Shown here one piece after another: positions 49,441-59,187 of a stretch of 64,000 nt of DNA. The DNA lies in NCBI GenBank assembly GCA_963846575.1, contig CAWJWJ010000001.1:1244530-1308529 (forward strand), read 5' to 3'. A program made the position numbers and the translations under genes. The notes under the pieces are model-generated. The model did no database searches. It was not told the origin of the DNA and worked only from the letters and a program-made list of their open reading frames with translations. The DNA is from an uncultured Nitrospiraceae bacterium. GTDB lineage: Bacteria; Nitrospirota; Nitrospiria; Nitrospirales; Nitrospiraceae. The stretch's first letter is position 1. The number at the start of each line of letters is the position of its first letter.

Positions 49441-50251
49441 CCGGATTCTGAGAGGACCGATCTGCTTCCTCGGTGGAGGGCAGATGGCCGAAGCCTTGAT
49501 CGGCGGAATTCTGGCGGCGCATGTCTGCGAGCCGGAATCGGTGTCTGCCACGGATCCGATTGCTGCGCGTCGTGATGTGCTCACAGCCCGTTTCGGCATT
49601 CAGGTCGGCGCAGATAATACGACGCTGGCTCGCGAGGCCGATATCGTGGTCCTGGCGGTGAAACCGCAGGCCATGCCCGCGTTGCTCCAGGAGGTGGGGC
49701 ACACGCTGGCTGGAAAACTCGTCGTGTCCATCGCGGCGGGGGTAACCACCGCCTGGATTCGTGAACGGATCGCGTCGCCGAGAGGAGTGGTCCGTGCCAT
49801 GCCGAACACGCCGGCACTGGTGCGGGCAGGCGCGACCGCATTGGCATATGAGACGGACCTCGCGGGAAGGGATGTGGCCGCGATGCAGGCGCTGTTCGGA
49901 GCGGTGGGGTCTGTCGTCTCGGTCGAGGAACGACTGATGGATGCCGTGACCGGTTTGAGCGGCAGCGGTCCGGCGTATGTGTTCGTGGCCATCGAAGCCC
50001 TGGCCGACGGCGGAGTGAAGATGGGACTGCCGCGAGCAACCGCTGAACTGCTCGCGGCTCAGACCGTGTTGGGCGCCGCGAGGATGGTTCTGGAGCGGGG
50101 CGAGCATCCGGCTCGATTAAAAGATCAGGTGGCGTCGCCGGGAGGCACCACCATTGCCGGGTTGTATCAATTGGAGGCCGGCGGTCTGCGCAGCTGTTTG
50201 ATGGCGGCCGTCGAAGCGGCCACGAATCGATCACAGGAGTTGGGACGCTGA
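49433..50251 (+). CDS. proC: Pyrroline-5-carboxylate reductase
   Basis: GGGQMA, LAVKPQ, RAMPNTP, TGLSGSGPAY, VASPGGTT. Confidence 0.96.
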   Translation: MTDRILRGPICFLGGGQMAEALIGGILAAHVCEPESVSATDPIAARRDVLTARFGIQVGADNTTLAREADIVVLAVKPQAMPALLQEVGHTLAGKLVVSIAAGVTTAWIRERIASPRGVVRAMPNTPALVRAGATALAYETDLAGRDVAAMQALFGAVGSVVSVEERLMDAVTGLSGSGPAYVFVAIEALADGGVKMGLPRATAELLAAQTVLGAARMVLERGEHPARLKDQVASPGGTTIAGLYQLEAGGLRSCLMAAVEAATNRSQELGR

Positions 50252-50547
50252 TGTTTGTGATGAGCAACGTATTGCAGGGCGCAGCGACGGTACTGGATAC
50301 GGTCTTGTGGTTGTATATGTGGGTCATTATCGCCCGCGCGTTGATTTCGTGGGTCAATCCGGACCCGTGGAATCCGATCGTGCAATTTCTCGAGCGCGCG
50401 ACCGAACCGGTCTTGGCGCCGATCCGTCGCCTGGTGGGCTGGCGCATGAACATGGATCTCTCGCCCATGATCGCGATTCTGATCCTTGTCTTTTTGCAGT
50501 ATGCCGTGGTTCAATCTCTTCGAGATATCGCCGTTCGGATGCACTAA
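50251..50547 (+). CDS. yggT: YggT (YlmG) family membrane protein
   Basis: ISWVNPDPWNPIVQFL..ATEPVL.PIRR, DLSP. Confidence 0.93.
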   Translation: MFVMSNVLQGAATVLDTVLWLYMWVIIARALISWVNPDPWNPIVQFLERATEPVLAPIRRLVGWRMNMDLSPMIAILILVFLQYAVVQSLRDIAVRMH

Positions 50548-50568
50548 CCGTCGGGCAAGAGGTGTCGC

Positions 50569-51081
50569 ATGAAAATCACTCCCATCGACATTCAGCAGAT
50601 GGTGTTCCAGGTCAAGTTCCGGGGGTATGATCGGGACGAGGTCAACCGGTTCCTCGAAGAGCTGGCCCTGACGGTTGAGAATTTGAATCGCGACAACAGT
50701 GCGCTTCGCGACAAGCTGACCATCACGGAGCAGCAGGTCGCCGACCTGCGGCGCACGGAGGCGACGCTCTCGAATACGTTGGTGTCCGCGCAAACGATCG
50801 CCGAGGATGTGAAGCGTTCCGCACAGCGGGAAGCCGATTTGATCGTAAAGGAAGCCGAGCTCAAAGCGAGCGAAATGATCCGACAGGCTCGAGTGAGCCT
50901 TACCGAGATGCAACGGGGGCTCGCGGATCTGCAGAAGCAGCGCCTGATGATGGTGGAGCGGTTCCGGTCGACCTTGCGCTCCTTTGAGCGAATGTTGGAA
51001 GTCGAAGAAAGCGAGGCCTATCAGCCGGATTCCGCCTCGGTCGAGGGCAAACTCGCCGGCGAATCCAGTTCTGCTCGCTGA
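50569..51081 (+). CDS. divIVA: DivIVA domain protein
   Basis: ITPIDIQQMVF..KFRGYDRDEVNRFL followed by coiled coil. Confidence 0.9.
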   Translation: MKITPIDIQQMVFQVKFRGYDRDEVNRFLEELALTVENLNRDNSALRDKLTITEQQVADLRRTEATLSNTLVSAQTIAEDVKRSAQREADLIVKEAELKASEMIRQARVSLTEMQRGLADLQKQRLMMVERFRSTLRSFERMLEVEESEAYQPDSASVEGKLAGESSSAR

Positions 51082-51191
51082 CGCCTTGCGCGCTGTTGAA
51101 TGCCGTCCGTTCTGCATGCGAGGTTCTTACCGACAATGCCTCTGGTTTGGTGGCGCCACTCATGTCGTGACCAGTCCCTAGATTTCCATTC

Positions 51192-52322
51192 ATGCCAGCG
51201 TTAGATCCCATTCAGGCGGCACTGCAGGGAGCCGTCGAGGATGGCACATTTCCGGGTGCCGTGCTTGCCGTGCGTGTAGGCGGCAGGCTGGTCTTTGAAG
51301 GCGCCGTCGGGCTCCGCTCTCCTCAAGACCCGGGGAGCGCCGTGACCGTCCACACTTGCTACGACCTTGCCTCTCTGACCAAGGTGCTGGCGACTACGAC
51401 CGCGTGGGTACTTTTGATCCAGGGCGGACAGGCGACGCTGGACGACCGGATCGACAGCATCCTCGATGAATTGCGAGGGAGCCCGGTGGGCGTGGCGACC
51501 GTGCGGCAGTTGCTCGCGCATAGTTCCGGTCTCCCAGGATGGCGCGCGTATTATGAACGGATCGCTGCAAGCGAGGTCACTCAGTCCGGACTGTTGGGAA
51601 GCCACGCGGCTCGTCAGGCGGTGCTGGGTTTTATTTCGAAGGAGGACTTGCTGTACCAACGGGCTTCCCGGAGCCTCTATAGTGATCTAGGATTTATGCT
51701 GCTGGGACTGGGCGTCGAGCGTCTGTCCGGTGAATCGCTCGAAGAGTTTTGTCGGCGACGGATCTATGATCCATTGAATGCCCGTCCGCTCACCTTTCTG
51801 CCGCGCCGACCCCTCAGGCTGCATGCAGAGCCGCCCGGCTCGACGCTTCCGATTGCTCCCACTGAAGACGACCCCTGGCGAGGACGAACACTGTGCGGGG
51901 AAGTGCATGATGAAAACGCGTTTGCGTTGGGAGGCGTGGCCGGTCACGCCGGGCTATTCGGCACGTCCGGTGCGGTACTGACCGTGGCGCAAGCCTGGCG
52001 GCAGGCGTGGCGGGGGGAGGCTGGCCTCCTAGAACCTGGCCTGGCCAGGAGTTTCATGACACGGCAGGAGACGGTTCCGAATTCCAGTTGGGCCTTGGGG
52101 TGGGATACGCCCTCGGCACCGTCATCGTCGGGGACGCTGTTTTCTCACGAATCGTTCGGGCATCTCGGATATACCGGTACGTCGTTATGGGTCGATCCAG
52201 TGAAGGGGCTTGAAGTCGTATTGCTTTCAAACCGGGTACATCCGAGCAGACGCAATGAGCGCATTCGGCTTTTTCGACCGCTCATTCACGATCTGGTGTG
52301 TCGAGAGTTTCTTGGAGCCTAG
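51192..52322 (+). CDS. Serine hydrolase, beta-lactamase-related (class C-like)
   Basis: DLASLTK (SxxK), YSDLG, GEVHDENA, GHAGLF, GHLGYTGTSLW; no signal peptide. Confidence 0.9.
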   Translation: MPALDPIQAALQGAVEDGTFPGAVLAVRVGGRLVFEGAVGLRSPQDPGSAVTVHTCYDLASLTKVLATTTAWVLLIQGGQATLDDRIDSILDELRGSPVGVATVRQLLAHSSGLPGWRAYYERIAASEVTQSGLLGSHAARQAVLGFISKEDLLYQRASRSLYSDLGFMLLGLGVERLSGESLEEFCRRRIYDPLNARPLTFLPRRPLRLHAEPPGSTLPIAPTEDDPWRGRTLCGEVHDENAFALGGVAGHAGLFGTSGAVLTVAQAWRQAWRGEAGLLEPGLARSFMTRQETVPNSSWALGWDTPSAPSSSGTLFSHESFGHLGYTGTSLWVDPVKGLEVVLLSNRVHPSRRNERIRLFRPLIHDLVCREFLGA

Positions 52323-52639
52323 GACGGAAGGTCGGGATAGTCGGTCCAGGTTTCTTTTTCGGCCAGATACCGGGTGCCTTTGAAGTTCAACCGCGTGCGT
52401 AACTGGCTAAATCCGAAACTCATCAGCTTCTCAACGACGGACTTGACCGCCGCGCCTGTGGTCGGATGGGCGCTACCCTCGATGGCAAAAGCCTCGTAGG
52501 TGACCTTGCCGACGTATCCTGCCGCCACGCGGTTGACGAGGACTGCGCGGTTGAAGTATCGATCGCTGGGATCAATCCCCTCGACTTGGTACCGTTCGAT
52601 TAAGCCCTCTTTTTTGAAGAGGAGGGGAAGCCCGCTCAT
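52319..52639 (-). CDS. Hypothetical protein (106 aa)
   Basis: MSGLPLLFKKEG...; GGAGG SD and a near-consensus promoter upstream; the longer 337-aa track ORF is an antisense extension over pgsA. Confidence 0.75.
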   Translation of the reverse strand: MSGLPLLFKKEGLIERYQVEGIDPSDRYFNRAVLVNRVAAGYVGKVTYEAFAIEGSAHPTTGAAVKSVVEKLMSFGFSQLRTRLNFKGTRYLAEKETWTDYPDLPS

Positions 52640-52684
52640 ACAAACCTCCGTCGATCGATCGTAAGGAGCACGCAGAGTCGCCCG

Positions 52685-52713
52685 ATTATAGGGACCTGCC
52701 CCACGGAGTGCAA
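52685..52713 (-). promoter_or_regulatory. sigma70 promoter TTGCAC-N17-TATAAT
   Basis: Read on the minus strand, upstream of the 52639 gene. Confidence 0.6.
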
Positions 52714-52719
52714 CCATCG

Positions 52720-52749
52720 TTGACAAGGTTCTGTAGGCCTTTCTATGAT
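52720..52749 (+). promoter_or_regulatory. sigma70 promoter TTGACA-N18-TATGAT
   Basis: Divergent partner promoter upstream of the pgsA-like gene. Confidence 0.55.
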
Positions 52750-52810
52750 GCGCGGTCCTCGCCGCTTCCGGCTTCAGCACGGGTGATGACTCACGGCACG
52801 ATTCATCTCG

Positions 52811-53353
52811 ATGAACATGAATGTTCCGAACAGCCTGACGATTCTTCGCATTCTGCTGATTCCCGTCTATGTGGGGTTGCTCAACTATGAGCAATTCGAT
52901 TACGCGCTGGCGACCCTCTTCATCGCCGGGTTGACGGATGCTCTCGATGGCACCATCGCACGCGTGGCTAATCAACGGACGAGGCTGGGCGAAGTGCTGG
53001 ATCCGCTGGCGGACAAACTTCTGCTGACGACCGGATTCATTACCTTGTCGGTGATGCATCTCGTCCCGCTGTGGATCACCATTCTGGTCACCAGTCGTGA
53101 CCTGATGCTCATGTTGGGCGCCGCAGTTGCTCATTTCACCAATACCGAGGTTGATATTTCTCCGACGGCCTTGGGGAAGGGGACGACGCTGATCCAGTTG
53201 ACGACTCTGGTCGCCGTGGTCTTTTTTGCCTCGCGGCGGATGGATCTCGCTGTCCTCGATCCGCTGCTGTATGTCATGGCCGGCGTCACGCTCCTTTCCG
53301 GACTGCATTACCTCTCTCGGGGCTATGGGCATCTGACCTCAGGTCAGGTGTAG
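52811..53353 (+). CDS. CDP-alcohol phosphatidyltransferase (PgsA or CMP-forming cardiolipin synthase-like)
   Basis: NVPNSLTILR, TDALDGTIAR...LGEVLDPLADK. Confidence 0.9.
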   Translation: MNMNVPNSLTILRILLIPVYVGLLNYEQFDYALATLFIAGLTDALDGTIARVANQRTRLGEVLDPLADKLLLTTGFITLSVMHLVPLWITILVTSRDLMLMLGAAVAHFTNTEVDISPTALGKGTTLIQLTTLVAVVFFASRRMDLAVLDPLLYVMAGVTLLSGLHYLSRGYGHLTSGQV

Positions 53354-53417
53354 CCGGCCCTCGCCCTTCGAAGCCGCTCATCACGGGTTTGGAACGCTCT
53401 CGTTTTCCTGCAATCGT

Positions 53418-53446
53418 TTGACAGTTTTTGGGTCGTCTTATAGACT
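53418..53446 (+). promoter_or_regulatory. sigma70 promoter TTGACA-N17-TAGACT for pilC
   Basis: Near-consensus hexamers 67 nt upstream of ATG 53514. Confidence 0.6.
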
Positions 53447-53513
53447 TCGATCATAGTTTCCCGCTGCATTCGTGCATGTTTCGCCTCGCGGTCAAAGGAG
53501 TGGAAACCCCGTC

Positions 53514-54731
53514 ATGACTACATTCGCCTACGTCGGCCGAACTCGTCAAGGTGCTGTGAAGAAGGGCGAACTCAGCGCCAAGACGAGAGACGAGGCGGTG
53601 GACCTCCTCCGCAAACAACAGGTTGTCGTAACCAGCCTGGAAGAAAAAACAGGCATGGGCGGGAAGTTCAAGCTCAGTCTGGGCAGCGGTCTCAACGACA
53701 AGGATCTGGTGGTATTTACCCGGCAGTTCGGGACGATGATCAATGCGGGATTACCCTTAATCCAGTGTCTCGACATTCTCTCCACCCAATCGGAAAACAA
53801 AGTGTTACGCGATACGGTCGGAGATGTGAAGAACAGCGTGGAGGCTGGGTCCACATTTTCCGATGCTCTGAAGCGGCATCCCAAAGTGTTCGATGAGCTC
53901 TACACCAATATGATTCATGCGGGGGAAGTCGGCGGCCTGCTGGACACGATTCTCACCCGATTGGCGAAACACATCGAAAAGGCGATGAAGCTGAAGGCGC
54001 AGATCAAGTCTGCCATGGTCTATCCTACTGCCATCGTCGGGGTGGCGGTCATCGTCATCAGCGTGCTCATGGTCTGGGTCATCCCGGTATTTGCGCAGAT
54101 GTTTCTTGAGATGTCGGGCGGCAAAATCGGATTGCCCGGGCCGACCCAGTTGGTAATCAATATCAGCAATTTTTTCCAAAGCTATTGGTACTTCATGGGC
54201 GGCGCCCTGATCGGCGCCATTTTCGCTGTCAAACGGTACTATGCGACGGTCAACGGTCGTATCGTGATCGACCGGCTGCTGCTCAAAATTCCCATCGTCG
54301 GGGACCTGATCCGGAAGGCATCGGTCGCCAAATTCACGCGCACCTTGGGCACGCTGATCACCAGCGGCGTGCCATTGCTTGAGGGGCTGAGCATTTGTGC
54401 CAAGACATCCGGCAATAAAGTCATAGAAGAAGCACTGATGAACGCACGCGTGAGTATCAGCGGCGGGAAAACGGTTTCAGAACCCCTGGCAAAGTGCAAT
54501 GTCTTCCCCAAGATGGTCACCCATATGATCGCCGTGGGCGAATCCACAGGTGCGCTTGATGCGATGTTGGGCAAGATCGCGGACTTTTACGAAGATGAGG
54601 TCGACCAGGCCGTAGAGACGCTGACCTCCCTCCTCGAACCGATCATGATGGTGGTCTTGGGCACGATCATCGGATTCATCGTGATCGCGATGTATCTGCC
54701 CATCTTTACGATGGCGCAGGCCATCCAATAA
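53514..54731 (+). CDS. pilC: Type IV pilus inner-membrane platform protein PilC (GspF family)
   Basis: FTRQFGTMINAGLP, AGEVGGLLD, KSAMVYP, VGESTGALDAML, AMYLPIF. Confidence 0.95.
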   Translation: MTTFAYVGRTRQGAVKKGELSAKTRDEAVDLLRKQQVVVTSLEEKTGMGGKFKLSLGSGLNDKDLVVFTRQFGTMINAGLPLIQCLDILSTQSENKVLRDTVGDVKNSVEAGSTFSDALKRHPKVFDELYTNMIHAGEVGGLLDTILTRLAKHIEKAMKLKAQIKSAMVYPTAIVGVAVIVISVLMVWVIPVFAQMFLEMSGGKIGLPGPTQLVINISNFFQSYWYFMGGALIGAIFAVKRYYATVNGRIVIDRLLLKIPIVGDLIRKASVAKFTRTLGTLITSGVPLLEGLSICAKTSGNKVIEEALMNARVSISGGKTVSEPLAKCNVFPKMVTHMIAVGESTGALDAMLGKIADFYEDEVDQAVETLTSLLEPIMMVVLGTIIGFIVIAMYLPIFTMAQAIQ

Positions 54732-54937
54732 CGCCGCGTCCCACTGTCGAGACTGACTCTGGCGGGAAAGCCGATTGATACGGAATGGCTCCCGCCGCAC
54801 ATCCACTGGGCACTGCGCCCTCCATGCTATCCCAGGCCGCGCCAATCCGAACCAACGGAGACGAAGCGTCTCACCCTCGCCCCGCAGTGTCTGCGAATCC
54901 AATCGTCGGGAAGAATCAACCCTTGACTGAACTTCCG

Positions 54938-56632
54938 ATGCCTGAACTGAAAGCCAGGCTTCAGTGGTTGATGGCCCTCAGGGTGGCCGTCGTAACGCTC
55001 ATGTTGGGATTGTCCCTGGCCTTTCAGGCGACACGCGGCGAACTCGCCATGACGTTCTCCAGCGTCATTATCGCCACCTACCTTCTCACCCTCGTTTATG
55101 TACCGCTGCTGCGTTATCTGAAATCCCCTGGCGCCTTGACGGCCTTCACGTGGATGCAGGTCGCGATGGACTTCCTTTTGGAAACCATTCTGGTGGCCAG
55201 GACCGGAGGCATCGAAAGTCCGTTCGCAGTGCTCTACGTGATCACCGTGACCGTCGCGAGCCTCGTTCCTCGCCGCCGGGTAGGATTGGTAACGGGGGCA
55301 GGCTGCACGCTGTTGTTCGGCTCGATTACGATGATTCAACATCTCGGTCTTTCGCCGGACGCCGCATGGCTTGCCCCCAGTAAGCTCGCGGGACCTGAAA
55401 TGTGGCAGATTTTCGGAGTGTACGGGCTGGCATTTTTGGTCGTGGGATTTCTGAGCGGTGTGCTTGCCGAGCAGCTGCGCAGTGCCGATCAGTCGTTGCA
55501 CGAGAAGGAGCAGGGTCTCTCGCGGCTCCAAGTATTTCACGAAAATATCGTACGGAGCATCAGCAGCGGAGTGTTCACCACCGACGAAGCCGGACGCATT
55601 ACCTCCTTTAATCCGGCTGCGCACGAGGTCACGGGGTACGGGTTTCCTGAAGTGCAAGGACGCTCCTGGCTGGAGGTCTTCAACTGGCACCCCGGCGAAC
55701 CTGCTGAAGACACGGATATCACCTCGCAGACACCCGCCCGGTTTGAGGTCGAATGTCAACGCGCCGACGGCAGTCGGCTGGTGCTGGGCATGACCGTGTC
55801 CCCCTTGCATGAGCAGGGCCCTCAGCGAGGGCTGGTCGGTGTCTTTAAGGATCTGACGCAGATTCGGTATCTGGAGGAGGAGATGAGACGGCGGGAGTGG
55901 CTAGCCAACCTGGGAGAGATGTCGGCAGGAATGGCCCACGAGATCCGCAACCCCCTCGGTGCGTTGGCCGGAGCGATGCAAATGCTGCGACAGGATGTCG
56001 GGCCGGACGAAACCAGTCAGCGTCTAATGGACATTGCGATACGGGAGGCCAAGCGGCTGGACAATATTATTACCGAGTTTCTGCAATACGCCCGCCCGCC
56101 TGCGTTGAATCTGGCGGAGCATGATTTGAACAAAGTCCTTGCCGATACGCTGGATCTGATCCAACATGAAGCGCGATCTCGACAAGGGATTGTGATCATC
56201 CCGAGGCCGGCGTCCGGGTCATTGACGGCGCAAATCGATCACGATCAATTGAAGCAGGTTTTTTGGAATCTCGCCACGAATGCATTCGATGCGATGCCCA
56301 GGGGAGGAACGCTGGCGATCACGACGGGCTTACGACGGGTCGAAGTCGGCGGTTGCCGTACCGAGGTGATCGAAATCGGGTTTCAGGACACCGGGGAAGG
56401 CGTGCCCAAGCAGAATTTCGACAAGATCTTTCTCCCGTTTTTTACCACGAAAAAGGAAGGCTCCGGGTTGGGCCTGGCTCAGGTCCATCGCATCGTGGAG
56501 TTGCACGGTGGATGGGTCAAGGTCGAAAGCGAGGTCGGAGCGGGGGCACGATTTGTCGTGTGTCTTCCGCAATCTGCGGAAACCGGCATACGTCTGTGGC
56601 ACGAAGGAAGGGAAACGTGGAAAAGATTCTAG
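54938..56632 (+). CDS. pilS: PilS-like sensor histidine kinase (TM, PAS, HisKA, HATPase)
   Basis: TGGIESPF, AHEIRNPL, NLATNAFDAM, FFTTKKEGSGLGL; adjacent to pilC and pilR; start uncertain. Confidence 0.85.
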   Translation: MPELKARLQWLMALRVAVVTLMLGLSLAFQATRGELAMTFSSVIIATYLLTLVYVPLLRYLKSPGALTAFTWMQVAMDFLLETILVARTGGIESPFAVLYVITVTVASLVPRRRVGLVTGAGCTLLFGSITMIQHLGLSPDAAWLAPSKLAGPEMWQIFGVYGLAFLVVGFLSGVLAEQLRSADQSLHEKEQGLSRLQVFHENIVRSISSGVFTTDEAGRITSFNPAAHEVTGYGFPEVQGRSWLEVFNWHPGEPAEDTDITSQTPARFEVECQRADGSRLVLGMTVSPLHEQGPQRGLVGVFKDLTQIRYLEEEMRRREWLANLGEMSAGMAHEIRNPLGALAGAMQMLRQDVGPDETSQRLMDIAIREAKRLDNIITEFLQYARPPALNLAEHDLNKVLADTLDLIQHEARSRQGIVIIPRPASGSLTAQIDHDQLKQVFWNLATNAFDAMPRGGTLAITTGLRRVEVGGCRTEVIEIGFQDTGEGVPKQNFDKIFLPFFTTKKEGSGLGLAQVHRIVELHGGWVKVESEVGAGARFVVCLPQSAETGIRLWHEGRETWKRF

Positions 56633-57996
56633 TCGTCGATGACGAACAAGGGCTGCGCGATGTCCTGAGCATCATGCTGAAGCGGGCCGGCTATGCCGTC
56701 ACGCTGGCTTCGGATGGTGAGGAGGCCATGGCACATGTTCAGAAGGAAATTTTTGATCTCGTGATCACGGACCTCCGGATGCCGAAGGTGGACGGTTTGG
56801 AGGTGCTCAAGGCCGTGAAGGCTGCGTCGCCCGAAACGGTGGTGTTGATGATCACGGCTTTTGCCTCGGCGGAGTCGGCGGTCGAAGCGATGAAGCACGG
56901 GGCGTATGACTATCTCACCAAACCGTTTCAAGTCGATGAAGTGCAGTTGATTATCCGCAATGCCATCGAGCGTCGGCGGCTCTCGACTGAGAACATGCTC
57001 CTCAAGCGCGAGTTGGCCAGCCAATCGTCGTTCTCCCAGATCGTCGGGCAGAGCGAGGCGATGCAGAAGGTGTACGAGGTGATCAAGAAGGTGGCGGATT
57101 CCAAGAGCAATGTCCTCATCGGTGGAGAAAGCGGGACGGGGAAGGAATTGGTGGCACGGGCCATCCACTACAACAGCGCCCGCGCCCCGATGCCGTTCGT
57201 GACGGTTAATTGCAGCGCGGTGCCCGAGACCTTGTTGGAGAGCGAATTGTTCGGGCATATGAAAGGTTCATTTACGGGCGCCATCGCTAACAAAGCCGGT
57301 CTGTTCGAAGTGGCCAATGGCGGAACTATTTTTCTCGACGAGATCGGCGATACCACGCCGGCCATTCAAGTGAAACTCTTGCGCGTCATTCAAGAGCGGG
57401 AGTTCCGACGGGTAGGCGGCACTCAGGACGTGAAGGTCGATGTTCGCATCGTGGCCGCAACGAATCGGGACCTGGAAAAGGCGGTGGCCGAAGGTGCGTT
57501 TCGAGAAGACCTGTATTACCGGCTCGATGTGATTCCGATCAAGCTCCCTCCGCTGCGCTTGCGCACCGGAGACATTCCATTGCTGAGTCAACATTTCCTG
57601 GAGAAATTTTCCAAGGAAAGTGGTAAACCAGTCCCGACGATGAGCCAGGAGGCCATGCGCGTGCTGTTGGCGCATGAGTGGCGAGGCAACGTTCGTGAAT
57701 TGGAGAACGTCGTCGAGCGCGTTGTGGCTTTCACCACGGGGTCGTCGGTAACGGATGCGGATATTCGCGGATGGTTGCACAAGCCCGTGAACAACCACCA
57801 GGCTTTGCCGGCGGAGTTGCCGGAAGATGGTCTGGATTTGGAGGGGCTCATCAATACGATCGAGAAGGGCTTGCTCCTGAAAGCGCTCGAACGGACTCAG
57901 TGGGTCAAAAAACGGGCTGCGCGATTGTTGCGGTTGAATACCAGGTCATTCCGGTACCGTCTGGAAAAGTACGAAATCAAAGGAGGACGGGACTAG
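56617..57996 (+). CDS. pilR: PilR-like sigma54-dependent response regulator
   Basis: REC (ILVVDDE, DLRMP), AAA+ GESGTGKE, GSFTGA, FLDEIG, WRGNVRELEN, C-terminal HTH. Confidence 0.88.
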   Translation: MEKILVVDDEQGLRDVLSIMLKRAGYAVTLASDGEEAMAHVQKEIFDLVITDLRMPKVDGLEVLKAVKAASPETVVLMITAFASAESAVEAMKHGAYDYLTKPFQVDEVQLIIRNAIERRRLSTENMLLKRELASQSSFSQIVGQSEAMQKVYEVIKKVADSKSNVLIGGESGTGKELVARAIHYNSARAPMPFVTVNCSAVPETLLESELFGHMKGSFTGAIANKAGLFEVANGGTIFLDEIGDTTPAIQVKLLRVIQEREFRRVGGTQDVKVDVRIVAATNRDLEKAVAEGAFREDLYYRLDVIPIKLPPLRLRTGDIPLLSQHFLEKFSKESGKPVPTMSQEAMRVLLAHEWRGNVRELENVVERVVAFTTGSSVTDADIRGWLHKPVNNHQALPAELPEDGLDLEGLINTIEKGLLLKALERTQWVKKRAARLLRLNTRSFRYRLEKYEIKGGRD

Positions 57997-58017
57997 CGCC
58001 GCCCCAGTGATCTGCGA

Positions 58018-58959
58018 GTGAATGTGAACAGTCTCCGCGTTCTGACCCCCGCCAAAGTTAATCTGATCCTGCGCGTACTTGAGCGGCGTCCCGACGGGTT
58101 TCACACCATCTGGTCATTGATGCACACGGTTGGCCTCGAAGACGAACTCACCCTCGAGCTTCAGGCGAACGGTCCCGGTGGGATTACGTTGCGCTGCGAT
58201 CATTCAGCATTGGCGGCGGACCACACGAATCTGGTGTATCGGGCCGCGCAATTGGTGCTGGATCAAGCCGGTCGATCGGTGGATCTGTCGATTACCCTGA
58301 CCAAACGCATTCCCTTAGGAGCCGGATTAGGGGGGGGCAGCAGCGATGCCGCTGCCACCATACTTGGCCTGACTCGACTGCTGGAATTGAACTGGCCGGT
58401 TGAACGGTTGATTGAACTCGGACAGCAACTGGGCAGCGATGTCCCGTTCTTTTTTCTGTCGCCCGCCGCATCCGTCGCTGGGAGAGGTGAACGGGTTCAG
58501 CCGGTGAGCGTGGCCGGAACCCGCTGGGTCGTGCTTGTGAATCCCGGGTTTCCCGTTGAAACGAAATGGGCTTATCAGCAGCTTTCGGCCAGCCGCACAT
58601 CGGTAGGAGCTCTCTCTCCGGCACTGCAGGAACTGAGTCGCCGCTCGGTACTGGATTGGTCAGAGATCGTCCGGTCGGCGGAGAATGATTTTGAGGCCCC
58701 GGTGTTTGCGCAACATCCCGTGCTGGCGGATATCAAGGAACAATTACTGAGCCAAGGTGCCGAAATGGCTCTTTTATCCGGAAGCGGCGCCACCATGTTC
58801 GGGGTTTTTCAGGATCAGGCTGGTGCCCTGCGAGCGGCGGAGGTCTGTGCACGCGACCCGAAGATGAAGACCTATGCCGTGCCGGCAGTCGGGGTACCAA
58901 GGACAAGCCCGTCCTCATCCTGGGACATACAGCGGACTGGCGAGCGGCAAATCGAGTGA
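58018..58959 (+). CDS. ispE: 4-diphosphocytidyl-2-C-methyl-D-erythritol kinase
   Basis: PAKVNL, RRPDGFH, KRIPLGAGLGGGSSDAA, GSDVPFF, LSGSG. Confidence 0.96.
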   Translation: MNVNSLRVLTPAKVNLILRVLERRPDGFHTIWSLMHTVGLEDELTLELQANGPGGITLRCDHSALAADHTNLVYRAAQLVLDQAGRSVDLSITLTKRIPLGAGLGGGSSDAAATILGLTRLLELNWPVERLIELGQQLGSDVPFFFLSPAASVAGRGERVQPVSVAGTRWVVLVNPGFPVETKWAYQQLSASRTSVGALSPALQELSRRSVLDWSEIVRSAENDFEAPVFAQHPVLADIKEQLLSQGAEMALLSGSGATMFGVFQDQAGALRAAEVCARDPKMKTYAVPAVGVPRTSPSSSWDIQRTGERQIE

Positions 58960-59008
58960 CTGGCTCTTAGAGGCTTAGCCGCGACCGCTGAAGACTGCAG
59001 TGAATCGG

Positions 59009-59038
59009 TTGACAACTTCCCGGCCTTTTCGCTATTGT
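59009..59038 (+). promoter_or_regulatory. Putative sigma70 promoter TTGACA-N18-TATTGT for prs-rplY-pth
   Basis: Motif in the ispE-prs spacer. Confidence 0.5.
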
Positions 59039-59187
59039 GCTGAGCTTCGGTAGGCGTCCTCTTGTCCTGACAATGCTCGAGGCTCAGCGGGATTGGAACA
59101 AATCCTGTCCGTGCCCACCGTTTTACGCGAACTCGACACGAACCGTCACAACACCGGCGTCGCCACGTACCGCATCGAAGGGGTGGA

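Noticed and set aside
50569..51081. DivIVA in a diderm as a novelty
   Set aside because: yggS-proC-yggT-divIVA is a known arrangement in deltaproteobacteria-like lineages
52640..53332. 5' portion of the 337-aa minus-strand ORF
   Set aside because: Antisense to the pgsA-like gene; SD and promoter support the ATG at 52639
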